DNA from: Anthoceros angustus
Lineage: Eukaryota; Plantae; Anthocerotophyta
Direction of reading: 5' to 3'
DNA: 64,000 nucleotides
Assembly (NCBI GenBank): GCA_010909165.1
Contig: MU008159.1
Coordinates: 1,674,001-1,738,000, forward strand
Made by a program: the position numbers and the translations under genes. Of the stretch, positions 34,792-48,900 are shown one piece after another. Under the pieces are notes generated by a model. The model had not been told where the DNA came from. It made no database searches and saw only the letters and a list, made by a program, of their open reading frames with translations. Within the stretch, counting starts at the first letter, position 1. Each line of letters opens with the position of its first letter.

Positions 34792-37110
34792 CTACTCATT
34801 TCAAAAGAGAGCTCTACACCACCAATTTTTTAAGTCACCAAGACATACATATATAAAAAATTCTCATTCCCTAAGCCAGAATTTCTCAAAATACGATATC
34901 ATCTTCTACGTATGATACCAACGGCCTAAATGCGAATTATCACACAACATGAGGGTTTAATAGGCAATTCATTATAGTTGATTAGGCACCAAGAGGACAT
35001 GATCCATATGATATGCCTTAAAGACCTACAAAGTTTTCTTGATTTATCTTTAAAATTTAATAAAATTATTAATCCATCAAGGTAAAAAAATAAATTTGAA
35101 GGAAAGAAGTCTTATATAATATATAGAAATGAGATGACCTCATCTACCCCATAGAACTTATAACCAGAAAAAATAATTATGTTATGTACATAGTACAATT
35201 AGTAACTATAAGTCTTGAAAACTAAAAAAGTAGAAAAAATCTATAATGTATCTATTTCAAATAGTATACAGCTGCCATATTGTTTACTTTAGCTACCTAT
35301 ATCACACTCTTTAAGACTTGGATTCAATTCATTTTTTAGATATGTTAAATCGTCCTTGCAAAATTTACTCTAAACCACGTCACAAATTAAATGGTTAGGT
35401 CTACCCATGCATACCTACACATTTTAAAATTAGATTGATTTTATTCATATTATGAGTTCTTAGAAATCTCAATCTTACATAATTCTTTGGTATATTACTC
35501 ACATATGAGTTATATTCGAAATTGAGTGTTTTATTCTCCTTTAGGAAATGACATCACCACCCTAAGTTTAATAACTTCGTATGTGAGTAATCATCACAAG
35601 ATTCTTAGGGCAATAGGTAATTTTGAGAAAAGGATTGCGGGAGTTAGTCCCCCTTGGCCTGGTGCCCTTTGTTGGGTTGACCCCTTTTTTTTGTTCCTCC
35701 GATTCTTATGTTGGACCTACTGCCTCGGCAGGCTGGTGCACCACACTCACCACCTTTAGGAGTTCCGAGAGGTAGTAGGCGAAGTCCAAGTCTACTTGTT
35801 GTATGGCCTCCTCCACATGGGCCCGCAAGACTCGGTACTCCTACCTCCATTAGTGCTCAAGCAGCCGGGCGTGCTCCCCCGCTTGTTGGGCCGTCTCATC
35901 TCCCAGTCCTTCCAACCGAGCCTTGGCAGCATCTCGGGAGGCCGTGAGGAAGCCTCGTCGACTCACAGGCTACTCATTTCAAAGAGCTCTACACCACCAA
36001 TTTTTTAAGTCACCAAGACATACATATATAAAAAATTCTCATTCCCTAAGCCAGAATTTCTCAAAATACGATATCATCTTCTACGTATGATACCAACGGC
36101 CTAAATGCGAATTATCACACAACATGAGGGTTTAATAGGCAATTCATTATAGTTGATTAGGCACCAAGAGGACATGATCCATATGATATGCCTTAAAGAC
36201 CTACAAAGTTTTCTTGATTTATCTTTAAAATTTAATAAAATTATTAATCCATCAAGGTAAAAAAATAAATTTGAAGGAAAGAAGTCTTATATAATATATA
36301 GAAATGAGATGACCTCATCTACCCCATAGAACTTATAACCAGAAAAAATAATTATGTTATGTACATAGTACAATTAGTAACTATAAGTCTTGAAAACTAA
36401 AAAAGTAGAAAAAATCTATAATGTATCTATTTCAAATAGTATACAGCTGCCATATTGTTTACTTTAGCTACCTATATCACACTCTTTAAGACTTGGATTC
36501 AATTTCATTTTTTTAGATATGTTAAATCGTCCTTGCAAAAATTTACTCTAAACCACGTCACAAATTAAATGGTTAGGTCTACCCATGCATACCTACACAT
36601 TTTAAAATTAGATTGATTTTATTCATATTATGAGTTCTTAGAAATCTCAATCTTACATAATTCTTTGGTATATTACTCACATATGAGTTATATTCGAAAT
36701 TGAGTGTTTTATTCTCCTTTAGGAAATGACATCACCACCTAAGTTTAATAATAACCCGTATGTGAGTAATCATCACAAGATTCTTAGGGCAATAGGTAAT
36801 TTTGAGAAAAGGATTGGAGTTAGTCCCCTTGGCGGTGCCCTTTGTTGGGTTGACCCCTTTTTTTTGTTCCTCCGATTCTTATGTTGGACCTACTGCCTCG
36901 GCAGGCTGGTGCACCACACTCACCACCTTTAGGAGTTCCGAGAGGTAGTGGCGAGTCCAAGTCTACTTGTTGTATGGCCTCCACATGGGCCCGCAAGACT
37001 CGGTACTACCTCCATTAGTGCTCAGCGGTAGGGCGTGCTCCCGCTTGTTGGGCGTCTCCGATCCTTCCAACCGAGCCTTGGCAGCATCTCGGGAGGCCGT
37101 GAGGGAAGCC
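34792..37110. repeat. Tandem duplication of ~1.18 kb
   Basis: ctactcatttcaaa(a)gagctctacacc at 34792 and ~35969. Confidence 0.92.
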
Positions 37111-40100
37111 TCCGTCAGCTCCTGGAGCAGCTACTTCTCATTGGCCCGCTCCCCTTCCCGTTCCGTCTTGAGGGCCTCTAGTTGGGCCGTCAGGACCCGG
37201 ATCTGCCCCTCTGCTTGATGCGTTCGCACCAGCAGCTTCTGCTCCTCCAACCTTCCACTGATGCCGATTTGCCACCTCCCCGATTGGGCGATCTACTTCC
37301 CTCTGGAGTCGCTCCGGGACCTGGACCAGTTGGGTGGTCTCCTCGAGTTCCTTCGAGAGCTTGTCAACATCCAGCTGTTTGCTGCTACAATAGATCTCCT
37401 CCGCCTAGAGGTTGAGCTGGAGCCGGTCGAACTCCCGCTTGAGGTCCTCGATCCTGCCTTGCAGGAGTCGGTTCCTCTCCTCCACCACTTGAAGCCGTAA
37501 TTCCAGGGTCTCCTTCTCTGCTTCCCTTAGTTGCCGAACCTCCTCGGCCCCTTGGAGTTGCGTCCGGAGTTTCTTTAGCTCCTGCAGCCTGGTTGTGGTT
37601 ACTCCAGCCGCCTCCCTCCACGGGTTCCGGTTCCGGTTTTGGTCCCGGCGGGAGTGTTCCCGGTCCGTCCTGGCTCTTTCCTCATTGTCCTTCACTTCCT
37701 TAAGTTGGGACTCTACGGCTCCTCGCTCCTCCTGCCAAGCGGACTCCGCTGCTTCTCAGGCTTCCCGTTGCTTGCGCCTTCTCCGTCACGCGCTGTGCCT
37801 TCTCCAGCTCGTGGCTTAAGGCCTCTGCCAGGGCTTGGGCCTCTTGCGCCTTCACAGCCGGACTGGCTCAATCACATGAGGGGCCAAACCTCCCGTATTG
37901 CCGTTCGGTGCTTCTCCTCCTCGATTCTTGCTAGGTTTTCCGCCTTCCGCCTAGCAGCCTGTGTCGCTTCTGCTTGGCCTTGGAGCTGGACCATGCGCCG
38001 CCGAGTGCCCTCAACCTCCTGTGTCTTCTCGGAGGCTCGGTAGAGCCCCTAGGCCATGTCGTCCGCTACGGCGGCCAAGACCCGCCGGGCTTCTTCTACG
38101 ACCGTGGCGGCTGAGCTTCCTTCAAACTCCTCCAAAGGTGCGAGCATCTCTCAACCCACCAAGGTCTGCCAGACCAGCCGTCGGAGTTGGTCTGGTCCGG
38201 GTGCTCCGGCCTCAATCAGGAGGCCTAGGTCCTGTCCATCAAGAACCGGACCCTCGACCTCCTTGGCCCTTTTGGCGGTCAACTCTTTTTCTGCCCTCTT
38301 ATGCTTAGGGTCTGGTGGGCGTGAGTCCAGAGTCATGTTCTCTCCTTCGGTGGGGAAAGCACTGGTCGGTGCTGCGCCGATCCGCCCACCCTTGGGCCGC
38401 ATCTCGCTTTGCCGTGGGCACCCACCTCATCCCACTCTTCATTCCGGTAGTGGTACCGGTCTTGTAGTTTTGGTGGCTACCTCCAACGCCTTCTTCTTTG
38501 GCCCTCCGTCACAGTCCCGTGGCCTGGCGCTGGGCGGGGTTGGTCTCATCACTTCCGCCTGCCCCTTGGCGCAACCGGCTCCCGCCAGACAGGGCTGTTC
38601 CTCGGGTCCCAGGCTAGGGAAGCGGATTTCTTCCCAAATTTTCCTTGGTGGTGAAGGGGGGTCCGTTCCAACGGAATAGCATCCGGGATGCCCTCCCAAT
38701 CTTCCTCCCCCTGGTTACGCTTGGTCCAGGGCTCCGCTGTAGGCCTGCTGTCTAGGGCTTGCTCCTCTCATCTCTCCCCACTGCCAGTGAGTGAGTTAAC
38801 CAAGCACGCAGCTCCTCCTCACCTTCCTTAAGGAGGTTGTGGTGCCCCCATACATGCAGGATGAAGGGGGACAACCCCGACGGAGGAGGCCGCTCATGAC
38901 GCAACTTCCACGCCTTTTGTTCTATCCGGGCAAAAAACTCTGATCTCCTCTGCGGGCCGATTGGACACCACCTGGAGCGCCTCCACCATCCAGCACCTGG
39001 GGTCCTCCCTCAAACTCTTCGAGCGGCCTGACTTGTTCGCTACCGCCAGAAGCTTCCGAGCATATTCGCGGACCAACGTTACACTGTCGTAGGTCCAAAC
39101 CGCCTGGAATATGTCCAGGTGCCACTCCTGAACAAGCTCGCCTGCCTCCTCTAGCCACGGGTAGAAATCCGGGTAGCGCTTGGTGGTGATGTTCTTCTCC
39201 ACCAGCGTCCAAGGCTCCAGAGTCTGCACTACTTTCCTGGGTGCCATGCCGCTGCACTAGTCGCCTCCTTGCGGAATACAACCCGGATCGTCGCTCCGTC
39301 GTCCAACCCCAAAGGAGAAAGGTCTTGTAGACGACCGGAGGCCTCGAGGAGCATTCCAACTATTTGGAAGAGCAACCGCCAAAGGGCAGAATGTGAATCA
39401 GAGGCCTAGGTCCTGTCCATCAAGAACCGGGACTCGACCTCCTTGGCCCTTTGGCGGTCAACTCTTTTTCTCGCCTCTTATGCTTAGGGTCCGGTGGGGG
39501 CGACTGAGTCAGAGCCGGCATGTTCTCTCCTTCGTGGGGAAAGCACGCTCGGCGTGCCGCTGACCGCCCACCCTTGGGCCGCATCTCGCTTTCAGAAGAT
39601 GCATCCCACCTCATCCCACTCTTCATTCATCGTAGGTTGGTAGTTTTGGTGGCTACCTCCAACGCCTTCTTCTTGGCCCTCCGTCCGTCCGGGCCGCTGG
39701 GGTTGGTCTCATCACTGCTGCAGCCCATCAGGCGCAACTTCGCTCACAAAGATAAATTACCGGGCTCGCTCAGGTCCCCGACAGCAACAGGAAGGGGATT
39801 TCTTCCCAAATTTTCCTTGGTGGGGGGTCCGCTCCAACTAATAGCATCCGGATGCCCTCCCAATCTTCCTCCCCAGTTACGCTTGGTCCAGGTCTACCGT
39901 GAGGCCTCATTGCCTAGGGCTTGCTCCTCTCATCTCTCCCTGCAATCAGCAGGTGAGTTAACCCCCGACGGAGCACGCGCTCCTCCTCACCTTCCTTAAG
40001 GAGGTTGTGGTGCCCCCATACATGCAGGATGAAGGGGGACAACCCCGACGGAGGAGGCCGCTCATGACGCAACTTCCACGCCTTTTGTTCTATCCGGGCA

Positions 40101-41200
40101 AAAAACTCTGATCTCCTCTGCGGGCCGATTGGACACCACCTGGAGCGCCTCCACCATCCAAAGACTCCTCCTCAAACTCTTGGCGGCGACTTGTTCGCTA
40201 CCGGAAGCTTCCGAGCATATTCGCGGACCAACGTTATAATCGTCAGAGGTCCAAACTGCTGGAATATGTCCAGTGCCACTCTGAACAAGCTCGCGCCTCC
40301 TCTAGCCACGGGTAGAAATCCGGTAGCGCTTGGTGATGTTCTTCTCCACCAGCCTCCAGTAGTCTCGCACTACTTTCTGGGTGCCATGCGTCACTTCGCC
40401 TCCCTTGCAGAATACCTTCGGAGTCGTCGCAACTCCCGTCGTCCTTAACCCCAAAGGAGAAAGGTGCGCTGAGACGACCGGAGGCCTCGAAGACGGAGCA
40501 TTCCAACGCTGGAAGAGCAACCGCCAAAGGGCCGGGTAACGAATCGCAAGAGACTGAGAGAACTGCTAAGACAACAAGTTTGGGAGTCTTCTTCTTCTCT
40601 CAGCTGCGGTGCGGCAGGCGTAATTGTCGAACAGGAAGGTGTCCTTTTGTTGCTAGTAATTGCCATCTCTCTGCATCTTATACCGCAGTTTCACGCCCAC
40701 CACCTTCTTGGCACATGTCCTCGGGTCATGACTACCTGTCTATAACGGCTTCTGGCAAGTTTGTGGCCCTGGCCCCCTGCATGTCAGACGGGCACCATGC
40801 CACCATCTACGTGTCAACCTTCCGTAATTAGGACCCACTCCTTCGGACTTACCTTTCTCATCCACACAAGACCCCCTCCGGACCTTCTCCGGACCTTTTT
40901 CGGAGCTGCTCCAGACTTTCTTGGGAGTTGCTCCAGACCCTACCTTCCTTGATACCTACGGCCTTGGAGCTCCTCCGGACCTTGCCTACAGCAGAGTTGC
41001 CGCCACATCTACGTAACTGGCCGGATAGTCCTTGTTATCCAAGCTTATCCCTTATTTTTCACACAAATCCTCACAAGAAAAACAAAAGCCCTTACTAATC
41101 GACCAGAAGGGGGGTCAAAGCATTCGTCCCTTGTCCACAGGGCGTGTGCTTATAATATAATAGATGACAACTCGAGGGTCATATAACCCAAGGGGATGGT
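36760..41200. mobile_element. Probable LTR-retrotransposon 3' accessory region with antisense coiled-coil ORF remnants
   Basis: GC-rich block with minus-strand fragments MAPRKVVQTLEPW..YPWLEEAG and a heptad-rich LQELKKLRTQLQ..IEDLKREFDRLQLNL. It ends at PPT-like aaggggatggt followed by TG at 41201. Internal ~1.18 kb duplication (38213/39396). Confidence 0.45.
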
Positions 41201-42055
41201 TGTATTTATGCCCAAACTACGTCATTTAGTATCGTCCTCTACCGGGCATGATGGACGCACTCAAGTGAGCTCATACACGTGAGACCGCCAATTATAAAAG
41301 AAAGTAAAGTACATGGAAAGTAAAGCACGTGGAATGTTATAACACTAAGGACCACCAATTATGAAAGTAAAAGTAAAGTACATGGAAAGTACACTACGTG
41401 GAATATTATAACACTAAGGACCCTAACACACTAGAGGTTAGGTTTTTCAACCAAAACTACTGTGGTCAGGAATGACAAGTTTTTATTATTATTATTGAGT
41501 TCATGCCCAAAAACTAGGATGATAAACTTTGCCAACTATTGTAGCAACTATTGTCTCCATGACCATAGTATGCTTTCCATATCTCCCGATCCAATCTTTT
41601 GTTGATTCTTGGGCCTAAAGTTCCACCTCATAATGGGTTGCATATGCAGCGATAGTCCCTTAAGGGTTTGGAATCTTATACATTCTAACAAACCCTTCTT
41701 TCACCAAAGTTAAACCTTGGTCACTAGACCATGCTAGGTGCATTCTGCCACATAGGAGAAGAGCTCTTACAAAGCTCATACAAATATCATGGAAAGATTT
41801 GGTGTAGGCCTACACCAAAGCATTTGCCTAAGTTGAAGTAAATATCTTTTGTGGCAAATCTCTATGAAGCTACAGCTCCTACAGCTATGTAGTAGCTACA
41901 ACTACTTGTTTGTTGACTGGCAAGAATTTATCCGATATGCTGCTAAACCCTTCCACATTGTGAGTTAGCATCATAGCCTGTACCAGCTCACACACGAGAA
42001 GAAACTTGGTTTAAAACAAAAAAGCATCGAAACTTGGCTATGTGTGTAATAATAA

Positions 42056-42380
42056 TCACAAGAGGTTGTGATGTAATTCCTGGAAGAACATTGCCAGCAG
42101 GCCTGTCTCTCTTCTAGGGCCGTGGCTGATGTCCATTTCCATATGGTTGTCCACATTTGCAGCAAGAGGTGGCTGGCCTCCGGATTGTGCGCCAGGCTGT
42201 AGTGCATTGCCAGGAAGAATGTTGCCCCCAAGCCTATCTTGTCTGAGGCCATCATTGATTTGATTTCCAGTATGGTTGTCCAAATTTGTTGCAGGATCTA
42301 GATGTGTAATAGGGTGCGGTGCACTATGTGGAAGAACGTTACCAGATGGCCTCTCTCACATGGGGCCATGGTTCATTCCC
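42056..42380 (-). pseudogene. Degenerate paralogous fragment of the SURP gene large exon
   Basis: DNHTGNQ..DRLGGNILPGNALQPGAQSGGQPPLAANVD vs DSHTGNE..DRLGGNLPPGSALQPAAQSGRQPPLVANVD at ~31590-31730. Confidence 0.85.
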
Positions 42381-42840
42381 ATTCAACTTACACATGGAGT
42401 GTGTTTGAAAATGAGTGTTTTGTTTTATTCACTCCCATTCAATTCACATATGGAGTGTGTTTGAAAATGGGTGCATTGTTCTCCCTAAGGATTGATATCA
42501 ATACGCTAAGTGCTCTTGGATGTGCTGTCGTGTTTGGGCAAGCAAGCAAAGATCTTTAGCTTGTAGTAAACTACGGCATTTTTCAGTCCAACATAGTGAG
42601 CAAGTTTTTCCGGAACAAGGAGCATTTTCTTTCACTATTGGTATCGGATGGAGATATGAGTGGTATCATCATAACATCATTTCATAGTCCATCAAGAAAG
42701 GATTACATGGTTCCTTTTTTATAATTTGTTATAACATAAACTAAAACTAACATAATACAAAACCTGAATTACGTGTTATATTATAGATGATTTCATTCTA
42801 CGTGTAGGCACACAAAAGTTCTCGGCACTAAAAGTCGCCA

Positions 42841-43084
42841 TGGGTCCGAAAGTCCTGGGCCATTGAAGTTCCCGTTCAATGGAAGCCACCCCCATGAGAT
42901 CAATCAGATGTGCGGAAAGTTTGGGTCTCAAAGTCCTTAGCCATCGAAGCTCCCGTTCAACGGAAGCCACCCCCATAAGATCAATCAGACGTGCAGGAAG
43001 TTTGGGTCCAAAAGTCTTGAGCCATTAAAGCTCTCGTTCAATGTAAGCCACCCCCATGAGATCGATCAAATGTGTAGAAAGTTT
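42841..43084. repeat. Three tandem 81-bp units
   Basis: tgggtcc.aaagtc..gcca..gaag.tcccgttcaa.ggaagccacccccat.agatcaatcag at 42841, 42922 and 43003. Confidence 0.9.
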
Positions 43085-43667
43085 ATTCAGGAGAAGGAGA
43101 AGGAGAAGGAGATCGTAGATAGTAAGAAACTAGCCGAGGAACACAAAACCTAAGAACCAAATGAAAGTCATGCAAGCTTGGTACACACACAAAACTTTGA
43201 AGTTGGCTGCAACTAGTTGGATCATTCAGATGGAGGAGGGATTCGGAGCTTGGTTGCCAAATCCATGGCAAAGTGTGATGCTCGAGATAGGCTAGCCTCT
43301 AGTCCATGATTGATGAGTACGTGAACTAGCAGAGTGGTGGCCGGGTGCCAAATTGTGAGGCAGATGTTTGACAAGTATCTATGTCTTTATTATCAACCAG
43401 ATAATCTATCAGACAATGGTGACATCTACTAATCCAAGTTCTAAATGGCCCCCGAGCCCTACATATATAGCCTATGGCTGCCCTTTATCTCGCTATCATA
43501 TTTCCTTTATCTCGATATCAGCCTGCTAGATAATATCTAAATATCTATGCTATGAAGAAGAAGAAGAAGAAGAATTCTATTTAAGTCCACTAAGGACGGA
43601 TTTCCGTCATGGGACTTGGGACTTAACAACTTGTACCATGGTGTGCCTAAGCTACTTGCACCAAGGG

Positions 43668-43810
43668 CATCCACTCCCTGCAGGCACTCCATCTAAGTAC
43701 CATCCACTCCCTTCAGGCACCCCATCTAAGTACCGATCTAAGCTCAAGATGCTTAATCACGACACCCCATCTAAGTACCGATCTAAGCTCAGGATGCTTA
43801 ATCACGACGT
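43668..43810. repeat. Short tandem repeats (ccatctaagtacc / gatctaagctca.gatgcttaatcacgac)
   Basis: Directly visible nested 30-42 bp duplications. Confidence 0.8.
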
Positions 43811-44349
43811 TCTTATAAAGGTGTGTCCATTTGGCCTAAGCCATTTGGACATGTGCATTTGAATATCCCTTTGTCCCTTTGGTTTATTAACCTAATATTC
43901 TATGATTAATATCTATGAACAAATCCTTATGTCCATGCGCCTCCACATGCCACATGCCATACATCGGTCATATGCACGTACACATGTCAAGCACCCATGG
44001 CATCATCCATCATGCATCCTAGCTACATAGCCTTGTGAACAAAAGGTTGTGTACATAACTTTGTGTTGTGTAGAAGGCGCCGACATGCCGACGCCCTCCG
44101 ACTTCTGAATCCTTTCAAAAGTAATGACTTCAAGGCCGATTTTTCATCCGTCCATGATACCCTATTGTAAACATGTCGGAGGGGTTCGGTATGGGCACTG
44201 GCAAGCCGGTGCCAACCACCATACCTAGACAGGTATTGCTCTTACAAATGGACTGAAATTGCAATCCGAAGAAATAGCATCCACCCCAAATAATCAAAAC
44301 ATGCTTAAATATGCAATATAATTACTATCAAGATTTGCGCAAGAGGGTT

Positions 44350-44720
44350 TTTGATTTCCGGAAGCGGGTTTGTATATTTAGCCGCTTCAAATATTATTGT
44401 GTTATCCTTGGAGGAATATAGTTGAGTGAGATGGACCCACATCTCCTTGGAGAAGCTCGTTTCACCAATTTGCCTCACCATATGCTGCGAGAGGCCACTA
44501 ATAAGGATGTCTTGAGCCTTTTCGTCCTTGGCGTCCCAGGTATATTTACTCTCAGGACCCTAGACGGGGAGTTCATCAGTTACACTGACTACATTCTATA
44601 TAATTCTCGGTTGCGTAAAACTCCTCTCATTTGCACGCGCAAGATGTCATTGTATTTGCCATTAAATCTATCCTTCTCCTTGAAGCTATCTCCATAATTA
44701 TGGACCATTGTTGGTTTTAA
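44350..44720 (-). mobile_element. Ty1/copia gag remnant
   Basis: DRFNGKYN..RVQMRGVLRNRELY, then (other frame) WDAKDEKAQDILISGLSQHMVRQI..SKEMWVHLTQLY, a UBN2-type gag pattern. Confidence 0.75.
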
Positions 44721-45903
44721 CTCTTGAAAGTACTTTTCTTTCTCCTTGCCTTTGTTTTTAGTTGATCTCTTCATCAAGGTGTTCTTCGTCGTCATTCCGT
44801 CAAGCCATTGCAAATGACTTTAGAGGGCACAGTTAGATTGTGCACGTGCAAGTGTTTATGTACATTGAATTTCCTGCATCTTCATCAATATCAGAATCTA
44901 CAGACTCATAAGCAGACTGTTATTGAGAGCTATTATTTAAGGAAGATGAAACTGTAAGATTTAATTTATCAATAGTATTGCTGAGGTAGAAAATCTTTTT
45001 AGTTAATACAGCAAATCTATCTTCAACAAAAATTTGACTTTTGTCATGATGTACGGAGACACATAAGCTGTAAAGCATATTTTACTTCATTATTGAATAT
45101 ATGCATATCAAGACAGGTTATTTTCCATCTAATTGTGCAGGTGGGAAAATACACTATTATTTTCAAGAATCTTTCTAGCAATTGCCGATTTATAACTCAA
45201 GTGGTTTTAAACATTGAAATGTTGTTGGAGCGTGAAGGGTTATGTTAAGAAGGACATCGAGCATATACGCATCTATAAGTAGCCTACTTGTTTAGTGTTT
45301 AAGTAGTTGATAGAAGTCACAGCTAAAGCATGTGTAAACGAACTCTATTGTTTTGAACGCATCTTCAAGCAAGAAACGCTATTTTTGTGTCATAGGGGTG
45401 ACTCGCATGTGTGTCTGAGGCGTTCGCCATATGCTCTGTGACTTACCTCAACTCGCTTGATCGTCGCAAGACAATCTTCGTCTGGGATTCATGGTGGATT
45501 GATTCCGAGAATTCCGATGCACTTTACTTCTATCAACTACGTTGGTGAGTGCTGGCTTCGCGTGTGAGTGGAGCTGGACACTTTGAGGATCAGCCTCGCA
45601 TGTGAGTGGAGCTGATCACTATGAGCGTATGCATTTGGACTAAGATTCTTACATCGCGTTCTGGTTGTGTATGTGTATTGATGTCATCAAAGGGTTGTGA
45701 GTAAGAGGCGTGTCGAAGGTTTCTTGCAGCAACCATGCTGCAACTTCGACCACTGCTATCTTCACACACCTTGGCCGTAACCCTAGCGGCTACATGTGAG
45801 CGAGCTGTGGGGATCACTTTAGGAGACAAGATGCAACGAGTGCGGCACGGAGTGGTGTTGCGCGTGAGCAATCCTAATCGGCAGTGCTGCGGAATTACGG
45901 TGT

Positions 45904-48900
45904 TGTGGTGACCACATGGGTACTCAGACCCCCTGGAAAAGGAGTGTTTTTTTTGTTTTGTGTTTAAGTTGTGAGAATCGTGTGGAGTTGGAATGTGAAG
46001 TAGGTTAGGAAATAAGAAAAGTCTATTAGAGCCTAGTAGGAAGAGAGTCTAGATCACGGACCTTGGAGGGTTGGGCTCGGCCGGTTGCTAACACGGTTGC
46101 TAGACGCTGAGGACTGTTGCTATAGACAACCGACTTGGAAACTGTTGCTATGGTAGCAACCAAGTCGGAGTTATTTTCCGATAAATTGGAAAATTATTGG
46201 AAATCAGAAATACCGAGCAGGAAGTAAGCGGGGTCCTATTAGCGATTTCAGTGGAAGAGACAAGGAATATTTCGTGGAGATGAAGGCGGCCCTCAAGCTC
46301 GAGCGTGATCGTGGAGGCGGAGGGAGCAAGTCCGTCATGAGCGTGTGACAGCGATCGAGGTCGGTGGAATGGTCCGGATCTGGAGTGGCGGAGGCAGCGG
46401 GAGGCAGTCGAGGCAGGCAGCATTCAAGGCTCTGGCGAGGAGGAGCCGAGGCGGAGCGAGGACTGGTGGAGGAGCTCGGGCGTGGGAATCGAGCAAGCAA
46501 GAGCAAGCGGTGGAATCTCCCCAATGGTGGGTGGAATAATCGGGCCGAGCAGCTCTGAAGAGGCGGGTGCTCGTCGGTAAGCGAGAAGGGCGGGAAGAGT
46601 GGCGGAGGCGGTGGTGGGGGCGTGGAAAGGGGAAGGGGTGTGGGGCAACAGGTGGCACGCCAGGGAGTCGCGGATAAGGGAGGGAGGCGCACGGGTCACT
46701 AACCATGGTTGCGGGATACCCTCAACCTCACTATTAGGAGAGGGCGGTGGCGGCGGGCGGGCGTGACATGGAGGATGGCAGGGTTCCAATTCGAGGTGGG
46801 TGCGAGTGGGAGCGACTGTGGTCGAGACACGAGGGTGGTCGGCGTGCTTCGTGGGACACGAGAGAGAGGCGGCAGGCAGATAAATGAGGAGGATGGATTC
46901 GGAAAATCGGTCGGGCTCACCAGAGTGGGTAGAGGAGCCGAGGCGATTTCCAGGGATCTCCGGTCAGCGGGCTAAGAAGGGTCGGGTGGGAGTCGGCGAG
47001 GCGGACCCGAGCAGTGGGGAAGGCTTCTGGCGGTGTGCAGCCGGGACACTTTGCTCTAAACTCTAGCTCGCGTCACGGAGGAAGCATGGGGCCTAAGAAG
47101 AACACTCCGGTGGCCATTGAGGCCATTACCATCCGGGCCCAACATGGGGCAATCGGAGAGTGAAAGCGGGTTCCTTTGGTGGCTAAGCATCACTTGTCCT
47201 TCATGGACAAAAAGTGGTGCTGATGTAGTTGGTTCGGAATGCGGGACACATGAGGGAGAAGGCCACAGGGAAGGCAACACGAGAACCAACCCCGCGTGGA
47301 ATATTCATTGTTCCAGCTCTATGAGAGGCTGAAGAGGAATGTGGTGGAATAATCATTGATCCTTTCAGAAGCCATCTCCCAAAAGCTGCAGGAGGCCTGG
47401 GCCATTGCTCCCACATTGTCTAGGGTGGAGAATGGTGGGTCACCAACAAGTTAGACCACGAGCTGGCGGATTAGCCAAGTGGATCCTGTGCTCTCAGCTC
47501 ACTAAGAAGCTAGAGCACATTCTTGACCATTTCTTGTCTTTCTCTATGAGGTGGTGAGAGGGTCCAAGATAGATTGGGCTAGGATGTTCTATGACACATG
47601 CGAGGAGAGGGACCACTTGACCCTACCATCACCCAGCCCTCAGCTCTATCTCCCTTCTTAATCCACGTTTTGACCATGCCAAGTTCTTTGGAGGGATAGA
47701 GATGGTCTCGACCTTCCATGCAGGAGGGTGTTTGAAAGAAGGAAGCCCAAAGAGGAGTCGGAGGAAGAGGCCATCTCCGGTGTGGGAGTGAAGATGAGAA
47801 GTCTGAAGTGTCCATGAAGAGGAATGTGGCGGTTGCTAAGGTATCACCAGCGGTTGCTAAGCAAGCAAGAGTTGCTAAGACCCCAGGCACCAAGAGAGGT
47901 CGGGGGTGAGCAGGGGACTCCAACCACTCCTAGAGCCACAAGAGCACGGGAGCTCACGGACAAGCAGGACAAAGGAAAGGCCAGGCGGCCCAGTTCGCGG
48001 GCCGTGGGGAAGCCACAGTCAAGGAGGAATCGGCCCAACCTTGGGCAGCCGGTGACCCGAGAAAGTCACTACTGTTCAAGGGGTGACCCTCAAGTATACC
48101 GGAAGTGGTGGCGGGGAGTCGATTCGCCGGATAGGAAGGAGGGAACCCATCCCAGTAGGTTTGGGGCCTAACATCACCTACAGAGCTGGTCTCTATGGCA
48201 CGCACTAGGGGTGAGATGGAGGACCGAGATAGCTCTGGTCCTCTCTTGTTAGGTTTACAGTGGCGGGGAAGAGGGAGGCGGTAAAGGAGCTCAGGAATGA
48301 AGCGGGAGAAGGAGGTCTTGGAGGGACGCCTAGGTAGCATGGAAGCGGAATTAAGGAAGGTCCGAGAAGAGTTGCGGAAGACCAAGGATCAGAAACCCTC
48401 ATGGTTCTCGGACGCACAAAGCACCATAGGGAGGCTGAGAATGTCATCTCGGATCGCAAGTCAGGTGAACCCGGATGCCTCAGGCCTACAAGAAGGAGAG
48501 GGACGAGGCAAGGAAAGGTTGGAAAGAGGCCAAGAGGGCCGGGATTGCAAGGAGAGCCACCGTGGAAGATGCGGAGCCTCCATGGAAGAATCATTCTTGA
48601 GTTAGCAGCCGAGGAGGTTGCTAAGCAAGCAAGCGGAGTTGCTAAGCAACAACTCAGAACTGTAAGAGACAGCAGGCTCCAAGAGCCACTAACAAGGAAG
48701 AAGGGATGCTTATCAAGCATGTGGACCGGGAGGGAAAGCAGGCCGGAGGCGGGACATGGAGGTACTTGATCCATGCCTTGGCGACCGGATCCTACCTATG
48801 GGTTGGATTCTTATGGAGGAGACTTTCAGCCGACCCATCCAGGATTCAAGAGCTCACCGAGGAGGAGTACCAGGCTATGCTGCGAGCACAAGAGAGGGAG

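Noticed and set aside
42841-43084. Regular repeats as a possible CRISPR array
   Set aside because: Whole 81-bp units repeat with no unique spacers; eukaryotic context and no cas genes.
45899-45903. TSD for the gypsy element
   Set aside because: The 3' LTR end is missing, so no matching duplication can be verified.
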